DNA of 64,000 nucleotides from Squalus acanthias. Its lineage: Eukaryota. Below are positions 62,733 to 64,000 of this stretch, piece by piece. The first letter of the stretch is position 1. Every line of letters begins with the position of its first letter. Made by a program: the position numbers and the translations under genes. The notes beneath the pieces are model-generated. The model saw only the letters and a program-made list of their open reading frames with translations, was not told the DNA's origin and made no database searches. The stretch is from contig CM059438.1 in NCBI GenBank assembly GCA_030390025.1, forward strand, positions 65,226,001-65,290,000, in the 5' to 3' direction.

Positions 62733-63507
62733 GGAGCAGGACAGCGGGCCACATCACTCATCTTTGGATGAGGAGAATTTTGAGGAGGAGGAGGAGGAAG
62801 AGGATAGGGCACCATCACCAGATCAGCCGCTTACGTTGCTGCCAGGGATGCCCTAATTTCGGGAAGGTTCACCTGGTGTGAAACATGACAAATGAAATGT
62901 TGCAGTTTGCTCCCACCACCAGGACCACTACCCGCCTTCCCCCGCCCTTTTGCACGAAACAGTCCATTCAACCACTCATCCGCCAATGAGTCCCGTCCAG
63001 CATTGACATTCATCATGCAACATTTGAAAGGACGAGTTGACACTCGGTGCAATAATGGGCAAGGCTTGGAAGTGTTGCTAATCAATAAATTTTACGTGGC
63101 ATTATAAAAAAAGTAAATTTAAAATCAGAACATGTTGTCAAACACCCATGTGCATACCCTTGGTGAAATACAATTTCAGCAATTTATGCTTCCAACTGCT
63201 TCTATGTGGTGCATCCCGTGTGGCTTCAGCAAAGTTAAAGGCAGGCTTCTCGATAATTGCCCTGACTACTGAGATGCTTTTGGCCTATGCCCTCTGGGTT
63301 TTGGAGCCCCTGAGGGCCCCAGCAAAGACTGCTCCACCTGCATCTGTGCAAGTGCAGACTCAGCCATCGGGAGACGAGGCAGCATGTCAGGTACTGGCTG
63401 AGGAGGGGAGCAACGGGTGAGAAGTGTGGGCGCTTTGAGTAGACTTCCCACTTCCATGTCTCCTTTCACCATGATTCCTTTCCTGGGGCAGCACCACATC
63501 ACTCCTA

Positions 63508-63920
63508 CTGGTGCCTCACAGCGCCAGAGACCCGGGTTCGAATCTGACCTCGGGTGACTGTCTGTGTGGAGTTTGCACATTCTCCCCGTGTCTGCGTGGG
63601 TTTCCTCCGGGTGCTCCGGTTTCCTCCCACAGTCCAAAAATGTGCGGGTTAGGTTGATTTGGCTATGATAAATTGACCCTTAGTGTTAGGGGGGATTAAA
63701 TATGTGGGGTTATGGGGATAGGATGGGATATGTTAGGGGGAATTAAATACATGGGGTTACGGGGGTAGGGTGGGCTATGTGTACTGTGGGGATTAAAGCA
63801 GGGACAGGGTACTGGATTTGGATGATCAGCCATGATCGTATTGAATGGCGGAGCAGGCTCGACGGGCCGAATGGCCTACTCCTGCTCCTAGATTCTATGT
63901 TTCTATGTTTCTATGTTTCT
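63508..63920 (+). mobile_element. HE1-like V-SINE (tRNA head, V domain, CR1-derived 3' tail)
   Basis: B box gggttcgaatc; V-domain ctgtgtggagtttgcacattctccccgtgtctgcgtgggtttcctccgggtgctccggtttcctcccacagtcc; 3' end shared with the CR1 UTRs in this window; (ttctatgt)n tail. Confidence 0.88.
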
Positions 63921-64000
63921 ACCAGTCTGCTGCAGACCGGATTGGTAAAGATCAGTGACACGCTGGAAGGCCATGGATAAGGTATCTGTCATCCGGTTTA

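Larger units (their letters stand above)
60888..64000. mobile_element. Harbinger element (runs off the window): core-deleted transposase (+) containing a minisatellite, and Myb gene 3' end (-)
   Basis: ATG at 61306 MGGTLDVFDSASEKEDHHQPQ resembles the other transposase N-termini. 62750-62875 gives HHSSLDEENFEEEEE and AARDALISGRF (compare [12 protein letters not shown]...[11 protein letters not shown] at 25164). The minus strand near 63185-63230 gives AEATRDAPHRS (compare AEATGEAPRRS at 24610). Confidence 0.72.

Noticed and set aside
61371..62881. Three overlapping 466-493-aa ORFs (and antisense ORFs) as a novel repeat protein
   Set aside because: They are open only because the 15-bp unit lacks stop codons in these frames, and the 13-14-bp variant units scramble the frame.

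Overview
Repeat-dense, apparently gene-free (intergenic or large-intron) vertebrate DNA. It is most likely from a shark or ray, inferred from HE1/V-SINE and Deu-domain (SacSINE1-like) SINEs and from the CR1/L2 families present. I found no host protein-coding exon; the ORFs I could identify are decayed transposon ORFs or their shadows. Contents: (1) many CR1 and L2 LINE fragments, including a near-complete but stop-riddled CR1 ORF2 at about 28.2-31.2 kb. (2) Four two-gene PIF/Harbinger DNA transposons (HARBI-type DDE transposase convergent with a spliced Myb/SANT gene). One is nearly complete (22426-26923); in another the transposase core is missing and a 1.3-kb 15-bp minisatellite lies in its place. 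(3) More than ten Harbinger-type MITEs, several with clear 3-bp TSDs. One five-copy family keeps an array of strong splice signals, promoter motifs and hairpins. (4) Five Penelope-like fold-back insertions with 11-15-bp TSDs that carry minimal hammerhead ribozyme motifs, including a non-coding palindrome with near-perfect 392-bp arms. (5) A solo LTR and several SINEs. Everything was read by eye, so boundaries without a stated TSD or TIR are approximate.
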